From contig NC_134029.1 in assembly GCF_964204645.1 (NCBI RefSeq), forward strand, positions 18,904,950 to 18,968,949: 64,000 bases of DNA, given 5' to 3'. The translations under genes and the position numbers were made by a program. How positions within the stretch are numbered: the stretch's first letter is position 1; every line of letters begins with the position of its first letter. The notes under the pieces were generated by a model. It ran no database searches. It was not told the origin of the DNA and saw only the letters and a program-made list of their open reading frames with translations. Positions 25,207 to 38,051 of this stretch are shown piece after piece. This DNA comes from Tubulanus polymorphus. Taxonomy: Eukaryota; Animalia; Nemertea.

Positions 25207-26409
25207 GTTTTCAACAATCTGGGATTTTGAGTTAATCTTTTTGTTTAGTTTTTCAATTCGATAAACCCTGAATTCGAGATTGATTTATTGATTATTTGCA
25301 GTGACTCTGAGTAGCTGAAAAGAAAATGTCGCCTCTTCATCCCGCTTTGTCCGGCATATTTTTCTAGATACGTCAGGTTGAATTCTTTGTCTGTAGTTGT
25401 TTCCTATGTACGTATCTTTCGAAAAAACTTAACACACACCGATTTATTTTTTTCTGCTTTTAATTGAAGGATTTGTCGTGTAGATCGTGTAGGTAACAAC
25501 TGAACTCTTAATATTTTTCTCTTCACCTTTTCGAAAACGAATTCATGGGCTAAGTTTTATAGACGTGCAGATATTCATTATATAATACCGGTATCAATCT
25601 GCGACCTTGAAGCACCCCTTCGGACATTCGTCGTCATCGGTTGAAATTTCGATGATCAATTTAAGGAAAGTATGGTGATGAAAGCCTTGGATCACATGAC
25701 AAGACGATCTTGCCCAGGCCAAAATGGACTGGATCGAGCACGAGTCATACAATAACCATTATCTCGATACAAAATGTAATAAAGCAAAATAAATCACTTC
25801 CAGATCCACTCGCAATTCATAAGCAATAATTTGACCTGTGCTAAAATTGAGCAAATTTTGGATAGGCCAGTTGGACCAGATCTAATTTGGCCGGTGCCAA
25901 AAATATTCGTGTGATGATGGCTAAATGATTGGTATTTGAAGTTCATTCGCATCCAAGTGTCTAGCGGTAGCAGATTGATAAGTAGGGCTCGTTGAAATTT
26001 ATGATCTTAAATTCCAAAAGGCCAAGTACTGTGTTTGGAATAGTCCACAGTGACATAGTATAAATTATATCAAAAGCTGGAGCCCAATTTCTATTATGGC
26101 CCTGAATTCAGTCTATAAAACCGGCCTGTTTTTATTTTCATTTATGATTTTCTCTGAGTCTGGATAATTTTTCCATAAAATTGCGTATACATTCAGCAAC
26201 TGTTTTTCTTTCTTGCTCGAATTCTAATTTTCCATCCGCCCGGTTTCCACACATCTCGGCGAGCGGGATTCATTTCAATTTCATCAATGAATGCAAATAG
26301 CATGGAAATTGAAGATGGTACAACCTCACGCAATTAGTCTACGCAGTTAGATCTTGGCGTACAGTCTGGCATTGATTTTGTTGTGTATTGACAGAGAAGC
26401 AGCTTTGGC

Positions 26410-26665
26410 CGTTTATTTTCCAATCAAGGACCATCGAGAGAGTACGGATTCTCCGATACAAGCACCGAGTCAGTGCGTAACATTCGCCAGACGCAGCCAT
26501 CCAAGTTCGGCTGTAGTTGAATAATGATTAATTAAAATGATCATTATATCCTGCGGTTCGTCCACTTTTGGCTGGGATTTGAACCCGATGACATTGAGCA
26601 GCCACTGTACGAATCGCTTCCCGAACAGACCCAGCACGCGTGTAGTTGTACAGCTTTGCTCCAAA
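26410..26665 (-). mobile_element. Probable SINE
   Basis: Minus-strand B box GGGTTCAAATCCC followed by about 170 nt ending in AAAATAAA. Confidence 0.35.
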
Positions 26666-27143
26666 GAATAATGTCAAATTTCTGGAGCAATGAATCTTGA
26701 TCTAAATACGAATCTGCCACTCACGAGTGGACCGTACCAATCAGATCGCCTGATATATAATTCATTGATCTAAACATTATGCAATAAACCTGACTAAATG
26801 AAATGTGATATCTGATTGGTTGATAATGACATCATAGCTATGTTTTGCAAACTACAATATGCGCATCAGGTCTATCGGCCCCTTGGTTATTGAAGTTAGT
26901 CGACTACTTATGAAAGTGAAACCGAATATCAGTTAGTCGGAACTTTTAGTCGAGAAAAAGTCGATTCACTGTAGTTTGGACCTAATTCCAAGATGGCTGA
27001 CACACTAGTCGACTAGCTACGAAAACCAAAGTTCACTCAGTGTTTCGTAACATGGCACAGTATCGATACCAACATGTTTGAATTCCTGCCTAGGGAGGAT
27101 GCCTACTGCTTAATGAACCAACCTCATGGCTATGGATTACAAA

Positions 27144-27437
27144 AGCCGCGATCACATGGAGACAGTTTGGCCCAAGATCACGGATCGGGCCTGATTAAAA
27201 TTTTGCCTAATTGGAGAGCAAGTTCAGACGTTAACCCCTCACTCAATGCAGCGAAGTGAGTCACTTTCAAAACCAGTTGCAATTCACGTGCAATAATTTT
27301 GCACGCTAAAATTTGGCTTGGGCTTGGTCTGAAGTGTTTGGTCTGGCCAAACTGGTACGGGCCCGTTTTGCACCCATTTGGACAGTTGTTCCGGGCCCGA
27401 TTTTGCTCGGGCCAAAAATGCTGGTGTGATCGCGGCT
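27144..27437. mobile_element. Abundant PIF/Harbinger-like MITE family B (representative copy)
   Basis: TIR AGCCGCGATCACA...TGTGATCGCGGCT with internal GGCCCGGGCCAAATTT repeats. Further diverged copies at about 4480-4754, 8950-9118, 9751-10335, 20865-21222, 21935-22200, 22460-22760, 25682-25922, 40600-40722, 53958-54088, 54701-54950, 57060-57365, 58291-58557, 60290-60480 and 63665-63900. Confidence 0.75.
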
Positions 27438-27870
27438 ATAGTCTGCCTCATTCCAGATCTTTATATCTATGAATACGTGATTTATTTATATCTTTATGAA
27501 AGCAGTTGCTGTTTTTGTGCAATTATTTGAATATCTTGACGCGAATCTTTTACTGCTTCACGAAATGTCAATATCGATCCTTATACATATACGTATATAT
27601 AACACGCATCGCATCGCTTCACCACGCCCACGTGGTGTCGGTGAGAGGTAAGCGCGCGCGCGCTCTCTCTCTCTCTTAGCTCTTATCCACCAGATGAGCT
27701 TAGCTTGAATGCGAACAGACTCAGCAACAGAAGATATAGATATATTTAGTTAATCCTGGTCTTGTTCGATATTTTCAGTTCAGATGTCTAGCCGTCGCGA
27801 TTCTATTGATGTTCACTGTTCGTTCATTAATTTGCATGAATTCTAATCTCTAATCTAGTATTCTAGTAGT

Positions 27871-28917
27871 TTTTAGCCCACTTGGGACTTTAGTCCCAGC
27901 GGGCTAATGCGTTCACTTGTCATTTCGTCCGTTTGTCCGTCCATAGACGGAATCCAGTTATTTTGGGAAGTTTGAAGACGCTTCAATGTAATGTCTTGAT
28001 ATTTGGGTTACGCATGTATCTATTGTAGACCATTTTTCAGCCCAAAAACTGGCCCTGTCAGAATCAAGATGGCCGACTGGCAGTCATTGTTGTTCGCCAA
28101 AATCAGCACTTTTTTTAAATTTTTGAAGTTTTTGAGGGAAATTTTGAAGAAGCTTTGATCAATTACCTGGATCTTTTGTATACATTTGAATTACCCAAGG
28201 GCCCAGCAGCATAGAAAAATTGGGTCGATCATACTCAAGATGGCCGTCCTATGACCTTTTTAGTGCCCAAAAATGTCAATTTTGGCCGGAATTCTGAGTC
28301 CTGTTGCTTCCTACTGAGACAGGTATTTTTGATCAGCTAATTATGACGCAATTGGCAGCCATCTTGGTGTCTTCAGTACTCATTCGTAGGTGGAAAAAAT
28401 GTTTCTCCACATTATATTGATACCTAAGCATATTGTGTTATTACAATCAATTGGAAAGTTGTAGCCCATAACATGTTCTATGATTTTGGGGAGTTTCAAG
28501 GACATTAGATATTCTATATGGTCACCAGGGGGCGTTGAACAGTAGAATAACTTAGTATTTCCTTATTAGATTGGTACCTAGGCATATTTTGTTACCATGA
28601 TCAATTGCAAAGTTGTAGTTCATGACATGTTCTATCATTGTGGAGTTTCAAGGTCATTGGGTTTTGCATATGGTCACCAGGGTATGTTGAATAGTAAAGT
28701 AACTTAGTATTTTTATATTGAATTGGTTACGAGGCATATTTTGTTATCACAATCAATTACAAAATCGTAGCTGCTGACATGTTCTATGATTGTGATGGGT
28801 TTCAAGGTCATTGGTTTTGTATATGGTCACCAGGGGGCATTGAATATTGAAATTGTTAGATTGTTGAGCATTTAAAAACACTTCCCAAGTGGGCATGGTG
28901 TCCCTGGACACCTAGTT
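27871..28917 (+). mobile_element. DINE-1/Helentron-like non-autonomous rolling-circle element with an internal ~152-bp tandem repeat
   Basis: T-run flanks; subterminal IR GCCCACTTGGGA / TCCCAAGTGGGC; GTCC-type microsatellite after the 5' end; 3' hairpin GGTGTCC-CT-GGACACC followed by TAGTT. Confidence 0.8.
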
Positions 28918-29717
28918 CTTTTTAATTGGTTTTGTATGCTTATATCATCGACAAATATAATATCTGCAGTTTAGGCGATGAATACTAAAAGATAACGAAT
29001 TATTTTTTGTCTAACTTCACAAATTAAACTTCGTTCACTGGATTTTAGATAATGTTTGTCCTTTCGTTCTTAACATAAGGGATGTGTTTCCCAGTGCCAT
29101 CGTGTTTTAGAAAATGAAATGATATTGCTTCTGCAAAGTTAATGTAAACAGTACTGTGGAATTGGGTCCAGAATTCAGTTTTGCTGTTCAAAATATTAAA
29201 TCAAAACCTGTGGCTGCAGTTGCTCTAAAGTTGGTTGGAAATGTAGATAGTTGACATAGTGCCAATTAAAACTTCATTGTTGATGTTATTTATCCACCAG
29301 TTATCTTTAACCAACTTTTGAGCAACCAGCCCCAGAACATAATTAGTGAAAATATTTGAAAACAATGTTTGAGAAACAGACCCTATATTCTGGCATGATC
29401 ATTATGGTTTTAGTCGAATAGATGTACAACATATGTTTTTTGAGTCTCCGAAAAAAGAAACCTGTTAGTATATATTTCGTGTGTCATAATTTCCTGAAAG
29501 TGATGTAAAATGTGATTATCAATCAAATCTGTGGAAAATATCCTACAATGAGGACATTAGAGATGCTTATTTCGCGTTGCGTGCTGAGCTTGCTTACATC
29601 ACTCATTCCTACAACGGTAATAAAACCAGATTCAGAAATGCGGAAAAATTCGATACATTTAGATTTTTAAGTGCGTGTCCAATTTCGGTGTAGCCTTGAC
29701 TTTATCGGCTTTTATAT

Positions 29718-30463
29718 AGGCGCGCTCACACGACGAAATTTAGACCGGTCTTAATTTGGTCTGGTCCAATTTAGACTGGACCAAGCGTTCACACGGGCAA
29801 AAATACCATTCCAAACTAGACCGGTCTAGTTTAGACCAGTCTAATTTGGCACGGTCTAAAAGAGCGAACCAGGTCCGGACCAAATTTTGGACTGGTCTAA
29901 ATATGTGTGTGGACAGAAACTGGTACCAGGTCCGGTCTAAATCATAATTCTGAATCTCTGCGGTATAGATGTCGCGATTCTACGGCAGAGTGTGGGTCCA
30001 GTTTATTAAGTTTTAAATGCTTTTATTACCGTTTATATAATTATTCTTAACTGTTTTTCCTCCCTATACTATGGAAATGTTTGGAGCGTATTTCGTATTC
30101 ATATATCGGGATCATCATCCGTTTTACTGCCGTGCTTTGAACCGTGTCTAAACGACACATAGAGTTTCAGCGTGATAGAATAAAATCGAATTCACAAAAA
30201 TGTCTTAACCTGACAAGAGGATCGAATTGGTCAAATGAAGAATGTCTTGCTATACTTCGAATCTGGAAGCAAGACTTCATCCAGACGCAATTGTTTATTT
30301 AGTAGATGGCGACATCTTGTTGGCCCGGTAACAAGCGATTTTATCACCGCGTTTCAAAACACCGTGTGAACGCTCACCAAAATTTGGTCCGGTCTAAATT
30401 TGGACCGGACCAGGTACGGACCCATTTAGACCGGTCTAACTAGTTGTCGTGTGAACGTAGCTT
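29718..30463. mobile_element. Harbinger-like MITE with TAGACCGGTCTA subterminal repeats
   Basis: Termini TCACACGAC / GTCGTGTGA; many (T)AGACCGGTCT(A) and GGACC motifs at both ends; a matching right-end remnant at about 8805-8868. Confidence 0.7.
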
Positions 30464-30519
30464 ATGATTTTATCATGCGCATTTGAAGTTTTGCTGCGGA
30501 CTGAAGACTCGGCCTTACT

Positions 30520-30699
30520 AAAGTAGAGCCCATTTGATTCGAATCATTTGGGACAAAAAAAATTCATCCGGTTCATGGGAAATCTGGATTTGAAGTCGTT
30601 TCCTTGTAAATTAGTGAACAAATAGACTGTAAATAGTGTCCCGATTAGTCCAAAATCTGGATTAAGCTGATCTGGATTAAGCAAGCAGGTTTGACTGTA
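30520..30699. mobile_element. Tc1/mariner-pogo (Tigger-like) MITE remnant
   Basis: Right end GGTTTGACTG|TA with repeated TCTGGATTAAG subterminal motifs; left end degenerate. Confidence 0.5.
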
Positions 30700-32477
30700 C
30701 AAACAAACCTTGTTGTAAAGCATCTCCATATTTACAATGCTACGATGAGTGTATATGGCTTCATGGTAAATGGATGGTACTTTATTTATGAAGCCATATC
30801 GTGTGTCATAACGCCCGTTCGGCACAGTTAACGATACCCCGGTAATCTAATTACTCTATTTGCCGGCTTTGTTGTACATTTGATCTCTAATGTAGTTTCA
30901 CCCGCTGTGAGAGAAAATCAACGGGAACACGATATTGCCGTGTTTACAGTCATCACCGTCAACGACGGAGAAATATACCGGCACGATGTCGTCAGTGCCG
31001 CTGTACTGCTCGGATGCTGAGCTTCAGTACAGATGACAGATTCGTCACATCCTTGCTTGCCAGGGCTACATTGCCTCCCATTGAAACTCACGCCAACACA
31101 AATCCCGGCAGCAGACTCTACATTGGTCTAGTACACTGCCCAAGATTTCTTCAGGCAGACAGGTTGCTACTGACCAATCTATGTATTAAGCCAATCAGAT
31201 GCTATATTTTTCACTGGCATCTGATTGGCTTGATATATAGACTGGTGGCCGCATAGCGGCAACCTGTCTCCCCAAAATGGGTTTTCGGCCACGGTTTATG
31301 TTAGCGTGAGCTTCGGTGGGAGACAATCAAACCCTGGCAAGCGAGGATGGATTCGTCATGGCCAGACGTACATGTATATTTGTCAATGCGGCTAATTTGA
31401 TTTGTGCTAACAATGAAATTACGTCTGGTACGTCTGGTCTGGTCGGCTGGCCCGGCTACGTATGACATATATTTATTCACCACGGAATGGAATTCGTGAC
31501 AGTTTTGTGTCAATGAAATTTGCTCTTTTCTGTCTGCCTGGGCTTACACGACCACGCATATGTTTATTCTGCCAGAGCGTTTGTTCGTTTATCGCGTTTT
31601 ACTGCTAGATGATTGAAGCAGTACATCATCATATTCTATAAACTGATTCAATTGTGAATAATTGCCCGATGAGGTATTTAATGAGCTTGAATATTTTTAC
31701 ATACACTCGTAATTAGGTTTCAATTGTTGTCATCAATTCAAAAAAGAGATCTAGGACACGAGAATGCGAGTGCAGTTTGCCTTGAATAATCGTTTGCAAA
31801 ATGATGTCTATATTTGTAGAATGAACTCGGGCTTGCGTTTGACGATTTGCCAGCAGACCTCCCTCCGTGGCCAGATCCTCCTGATGTCACGAAACCCGAC
31901 CCTGTGATATCGGAATCGAAGGACACAAGACCGAAACACGCAGTGGTACGTTTTGATTCGTTCTGTCGAACAGAGGTGGCAGCACATTCTAGATATCATT
32001 TGCAAGGATAAGATGCGAAACATGTGAAAAAACTGAAGTTCTGTAAAATAAATTGTTATGTGAAAATGTGAAAATTTTGAAAAAATTCTTGATATCAGAA
32101 AAATGTTCTATGTAGTTTTCCTCATGAGAAGGCTGTATATGTTTTATCTCTGGGTGTATATGTTTTTTCTCTGGGCTCCGCTTTGACACTAGATAGTTCA
32201 TAGTACATGCACATGTTCATAGTCTAGTGTCAGTCATGGATACCCTAATCGCGGGTCAGAATTGCCATAAATGCAGTTCTAGTGTAAAACCTCATGAAAA
32301 ATGAAGAAATCGCGTTATATATTTGTCCCTTTTGAAAAATTGTGTGAAAATTCTGATATTGATATGAAAAGAGTGAAAAATCCTGGGTTTTATTGGGTTG
32401 ATTAAATGTGAAAAAAGCGGAAAATGGCAATGTGAATATTTCAGAATCTTGCATCTCATCCCTGTGTGTCAATTTCA

Positions 32478-32660
32478 GAGCGGTTTGGGTGAGTGGGTGG
32501 AATGCCAGATCGTGAGTTCGAACCCGATACATTTCCATAGGGCGATAAATACTCTTATCATCATTGCCTCTCTCCACCGAGTACCGTAGTAAATGGATGG
32601 TAAATGGATGGATACCTGACCAGACAGATGACTCTTGAGCGCATTGGCTCGAATATTACT
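32478..32660 (+). mobile_element. tRNA-derived SINE (same family as 55986)
   Basis: GAGCGGTTTGGGTGAGTGG head, B box GAGTTCGAACCC, then TTGCCTCTCTCCACCGAG...TAAATGGATGGATACCTG. Confidence 0.6.
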
Positions 32661-32835
32661 ACTTCTCAGAGATGATTGATTCGTAGTTATAAGATATACG
32701 CTAGGAGAAATGATACCAATAAGATTGAGTGCGGTTGAACTGTATTCGTGCGCTGTATAAATATCAATTATCGTTATCGAATATTATGTTGCTTGATCAA
32801 CTAAGTCGAAATGTGATTCCATCAGTATTTGTTAA

Positions 32836-33112
32836 CCCTTTCAGTGCGTCTACGGCGCAGTGCGGTGTATAAATCAGTGATAGATATTGCTAGTATACCG
32901 CAATGCGGTGTATTGATATAATTAGTAATTATCTCTCTTGAAAAATGGCAGCACCTGTCAAACATAGTGAAATAACTAATGATACAGTGCGCCGCAGTGT
33001 AGACGCACTGTAGTGGCATTCCCGTTATTCAACGCACTAGGGTGGAATTTTAAAAAAAAATTTAAAATTATCTCCAGCACTATATGGTATTAATTAGTCA
33101 GCTCTGAAAGGG
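32836..33112. mobile_element. piggyBac-type MITE, copy 5
   Basis: TTAA|CCCTTTCAGTGC ... GCTCTGAAAGGG|TTAA. Confidence 0.85.
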
Positions 33113-33441
33113 TTAAGGGGGTTCTACAGTGGGAGCCTATGTGTTTAAGTTCATAAATAGGCTTAGATGTTTTAGGTTTGTATTGAGGGCTTGCTTAAGA
33201 AAAATGAAATTAGCCTGATTTAATTTTCCGTGGTCGATTAGTCGATTCGAACAGTCCGAATAACATCTCTACCCGAAACTAGATGATAATAAAACAATCG
33301 GACCTAAGTCAATTCTGTCTGAGAAACTTGTTCCAACATTTCTACAGTTATTTCAATGACCCTACTAGAACGTGGTAAGAACAGTAGTATACAGATGGCT
33401 GCTGATTGCCGATTCGTTTGTCTCACGATCTTAAGAGCACT

Positions 33442-33606
33442 CTGGGCCAAATTCGGTTTTCGTATCTAGTCGACTGGTGGTCGGAACTGATAACTGAATT
33501 CGCTTGATTTTTGAACTATTTCCGGAATATAGTTCCGACTAATGGACATTCGGTTTCGTTTAGTTCGACTATAGTCGACTAACTCAGATTACCGAAGTAG
33601 GCCCAG
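33442..33606. mobile_element. Short MITE with CTGGGCC...GGCCCAG ends and TAGTCGACTA motifs
   Basis: Relatives at about 26890-27050, 43330-43360 and 62040-62270. Confidence 0.55.
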
Positions 33607-33671
33607 GCTGACTATGACTCGATCATCGAAAGTGATAACTTTTTGAATGTCTTTTCCTACCCTCGTTTCAG

Positions 33672-36600
33672 GACTTCGAGGCGATATTCCGCGCTCACAA
33701 TCTTATCGATTCGAATCGGTCGATGCGAAAGAAGACGTCATCGTCCAGCGGCAGCGGTGGCGGCCATCATGTTAAACGAAAGGACGAAAACCTATTCGGT
33801 AGTTCGTCAAAACACTCGTCCTCGAAACGGCATCACCGCTCGAGATGTATGTCCGACGCGGGCGTGAAAACGCACGAACAACGAAATAACTCGGCTTCGA
33901 GCGTCGACGCGTCGAAATATCGAATTTCGTTGAATTTAGACTTCAGCCCTCGACGCGAACGTATTCAAAGCGCGCCGGAATCGAGGCGGCCCGAAAATGC
34001 GCCGGATAAACGTAAAACGTCGGCGGATGTGAAATTATCGCAACCCGACATTCAAGGTTCGTATTCGTCCGTGAAACCGGATTTGATTTCCGATTGCGAT
34101 AAGATATATCCCGAGGCGTCATCGCCACCGCCGTCCGGTTGCGGTCGCGTGAAAAACTCTGATTCGACGACGACATTGTTCCGAAATCGCGATTTCCCGC
34201 AGGAAAAGGAAACGCGCGCGTACGAAAAAGTTCTGTTCGACGACGACGACGACAACGACGATCGCGCGGCGAAAAAGAAAAACTCCTCGCGACGACGTAA
34301 GAAATCCGAAAAAGTCGAAGATCATCGCCATCCGTCGAGGAAACCGGACATTTCGGCAGTGTTCGACTTCATCGAGACGCAAATCCGACGAAATATTTGT
34401 AAAGATGATATGGGCTCTGAATGCGAGCCGTTTCTTCAGATGGAAGATAAGAATGTCTACGCGGCTATGAGCGATGCGGCCGATCGTAATTCGTCCTATC
34501 AACAACGAGCGTCCGACAGCGATTACGACGAGGTCTACGCCGGCGGCGACGATGACTTAGACGAAAACGATAGAAAAGTCGTAAACAATTCGAACGACGC
34601 GGCGCATGAAAAAATGAAGCAGCATAATCACGTCGACGTGCTGTCGTCGCCTTTGAAGCACCCGCACGACGATATCAAATTCATCGACGAAGATGACGAT
34701 GACGATGAGGTAAAAGATGAAGCTAGCGAAAGCGTCGACGCGGAATTCGCGCAGAAAGTCAAATCGGAAATCGAAAAGGTAACCGTTGTGCCGGACGTCG
34801 AACTGCGTCGTAAGACTTCCGAACCGACGATCGACTGGTTGGCGCTGCGGCAAAAGCGTCTGTCGCCGATTTTCGACTGCGAACATTCGGACATCGATAG
34901 TCAGCATTATTATTGCATAAAAGTGAACGAAGACAATTTGAGAAAAGCCGACGAGAAGGGTAAGAAATACGGACACCGTCGATCGGGCAGTTTGAACGTG
35001 GATACGCGCGCGAACAGCAACGTTCGAAGTAAAGGCGATTGCATCGACGATTTCGACGTGTTTCTAAGTCGAAAAACGATCAGCGCGCTCGAAACGCTGA
35101 ACAAAGGCGATAACAAAGAACCGGAGAACGGCGTCCGAACCGAACAACCGCAGCAACACGCGAAAAAGAAGGAGAGTAAACTTTCGTTGCTTCAAAAACG
35201 CCTGCGAAAACGTAGCGCGCCGCCATCGATGTCCGCTTTTTTCCGACGAAAAAATGTTAACAAGGACGACACCGGTGGTACCGATAATAAGAGTCAATCG
35301 GTCGAGAGTCCGGCTCACGGGGTTAAGAGCGACGTCGATAAAGAATCGGTTAGTAGTAGGGATAGCAGCTCGAATCGCGATCACGCCGACGACCGGGGCT
35401 ACATGAGCGATCACGAAAAGGAAAAGCCGAAGAAAGATCACGGGTTGTTCCATTCGTTGCGACGAAGCGCCAGCAAACGTTTTCACCGTAAATCGCCGGC
35501 GCGGTCGGTGCCCGTCGTTATCATCCATAATAAAAACGCCCACGAAGACGAACAAAAACTCGTTGTGTCGCCGAGCGACGAAAGCATAAAACTAATCGAT
35601 TCTCCGGTCGTACCGCCACCCCCGCCGCCGCCGCAACCACCTTCCGCGGACATTAAAGATGCCCATCGCAAGGAGAAGGACGGAAAATTTGCCCGATTGA
35701 AAAAGCGTCTGCGCAAACGCAGCGCGCCGCCTTCGTTGTTAACGTTTCATCGTTTTCTAACGCACGATAAGGACACGGGCGGAGTTCTCGAGAACAAGGG
35801 GGTTTACAACGAGGGCGTCGACGTGAGCGAGCCGTCGATACCGGCGCCGTATCAGAGTTACCCGCAACCTCCCGGAAGCGCTAGTCTAACGCGCAAGCAT
35901 AAGTGGTACGACGGCTTTCGAACGGCTCCGTTGCCGCGTAAGAACAGTAAAAAGAATTCCAGCAAAGATGAAAACAAACCCAAAGATAACGATACCGAAA
36001 ATATGGTCAAATATGGCGTCACTCCTACTTCGTGTTCTTGCCATTTCGGGCAGACTCATTCTGTGAAAGCCGGTCGCGGAGGAGCGACTCGGTGTGTCGG
36101 TTGTGGACATTATAGCAATAACTTCGCGAAAGCCCATGGCCACCAACGAAAATACAGCGCTCCTGATATTAAATACGGCCAACCGGCGAACAAAGAATTT
36201 CTACAGAGTCCATCTAGTCATATGTCGCAGAAACGATTGCGTAATATGTGCCAACCGATAGTGCCTACAGGTGTCGACTACTCGGCGACAACCTTGCCTT
36301 CGAAAAGTAGCCAAAAAGGGTACATCGACATGGCCAATGATAATTCGGTGTGCCGGACGGTTAGCGAGTCAGGTATGATCGGTCAACCGTTCGACTATTC
36401 GTCGAACACGCAGACATTTCCAAGGATCAGAACGAGTCCGACGCATCCGAACGAATCGGCGCCCGTACAACAACAGAATTCTCTTCTCGACAGCCTGCAT
36501 CGCAAGTATTATTCGCACCAGTACGAGCGAAAAGACATCAAACTCGGAACGCGCGCATACAAACGCTCGCCGGAGCAATCCGGTAAAAGCGACTCGGAAT

Positions 36601-38051
36601 CAGATTCGTCGCGCGTCAGCGTCGCGGGCCCGATATCGCCGGATACCGTACAGCGCGATCTGTCGATTTCGTCGACGTCGATTGGTAATCGATCGTCCCG
36701 CGAAAGCAGCCCGGGCATCGTCAACATTCTCAAGGTGTCCGAAGGTATGGATAAGTACGCGACGAGCAGCGTAACGGTTTCGGCGTGTTCGTGTCCGCAC
36801 CACCTCGACTCCGATACGGTCAGCGTGCAAAGCTATCGAAGCAGTTCGTCGTCGAGTAATAAGGCCGGCGACTGCGCCGACAACCTTCCGCACGACCACG
36901 GCAGACGCGGCTCGGTCGAATCGGATTCGAGCGGTTTGAACTTGTCGAACTCGCTGCGCAGTAACAAAAGCTCCGGTTCGAATCGCAGTCGCAAGAGTTT
37001 CGATGCGAGCAGTTTACGCGTCGTGAAACCGGTGAAGCTGCAGAGTTTCGACGAGATGAACGCCGCCGTGCAACGCAGTGTCACGGACAAGCGACGTCGA
37101 CGCTCGTGCGACGACGGCAGCGAGCAACTGAATTTCAGTTCGCCAGCGCGAAATAAAACCGCGTCCACGAGAGACGGTTCGACCAGCGAGGCGTCAGTGA
37201 AAACGAACGGTAGTTTGAATCGCAACCGGCCGAAAAGTTGCGATCGAGATCGACGAAATGGTTCGCGTAATAAGCGCGATAGCTCGCTAAGTAACCGAAG
37301 TAGCGTTAATAGCAACCGAGAAAGTGAACGCAGCAGCTTTTCGGGAATGAGCAGCAGCGTTCAAAGCGACAACTCCGACGTCCTAGGTTCTCCGGGAAAC
37401 GACGATCAGATGCCGAGCAGCGCGACGTCCCGACGCATATTTGACGAACTCTTACTAGTCAACAAAGAATTAGAGATTTCGTCGGCGAGTTCATTTTTCA
37501 ACGACAGCAACGACGAGGACGGCTGCTTCAATTTCGATCGAATTTTGCGCGACGACGAAGATTTCGTCGGTCTCGACGATAGCGCCGTCGTCGACGCCGA
37601 CTGCGAATTCAACTTCGAACAGGTCTTCGAACAACGCCTGAACGCATTTGGCGAAAAATCGAACACGCTGAAACAGTCGGATTTCAATCTGAGCGATTTC
37701 GCCGAAAGCGGCGACAGCTCGTCGAGTTCGTCGCAAAGTACGCTGTGCAGCGAACCGGGCACTGTCGACGGCCGTGCCACTGTCGACGACGAGAAAGCGA
37801 CGGCGAGCTTGAAAAATGCGCCGAGTTCGTTGACGATGACCCCGTCGAACGTTCATTTGTTGTCGTTGTCGTCGTCGCAGACGGACGAGAACAGCAACGA
37901 GACGATGTCGCTCGATCGCGCGTTAATCAAGAAGAATCATCCGATTATACCGTCATCGACGATGGTTCATCACGGCAGTGTTTTTTCGTTGCCGTCTAAT
38001 GAAAACAAACGATCGAGCGATGGTTTCATTAGTCTTGAAGATATGGTTAGG
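33672..38051 (+). CDS. Giant internal coding exon (1,460 codons) encoding a low-complexity, probably disordered Ser/Asp/Lys/Arg-rich region
   Basis: The 1457-aa ORF extends upstream in frame (DFEAIFRAHNLIDSNRS) to the acceptor ttttcctaccctcgtttcAG|; strong donor AGG|GTAAGT at 38051/38052; length 4380 is divisible by 3; clear GC/CpG rise relative to the flanking introns. Confidence 0.92.
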
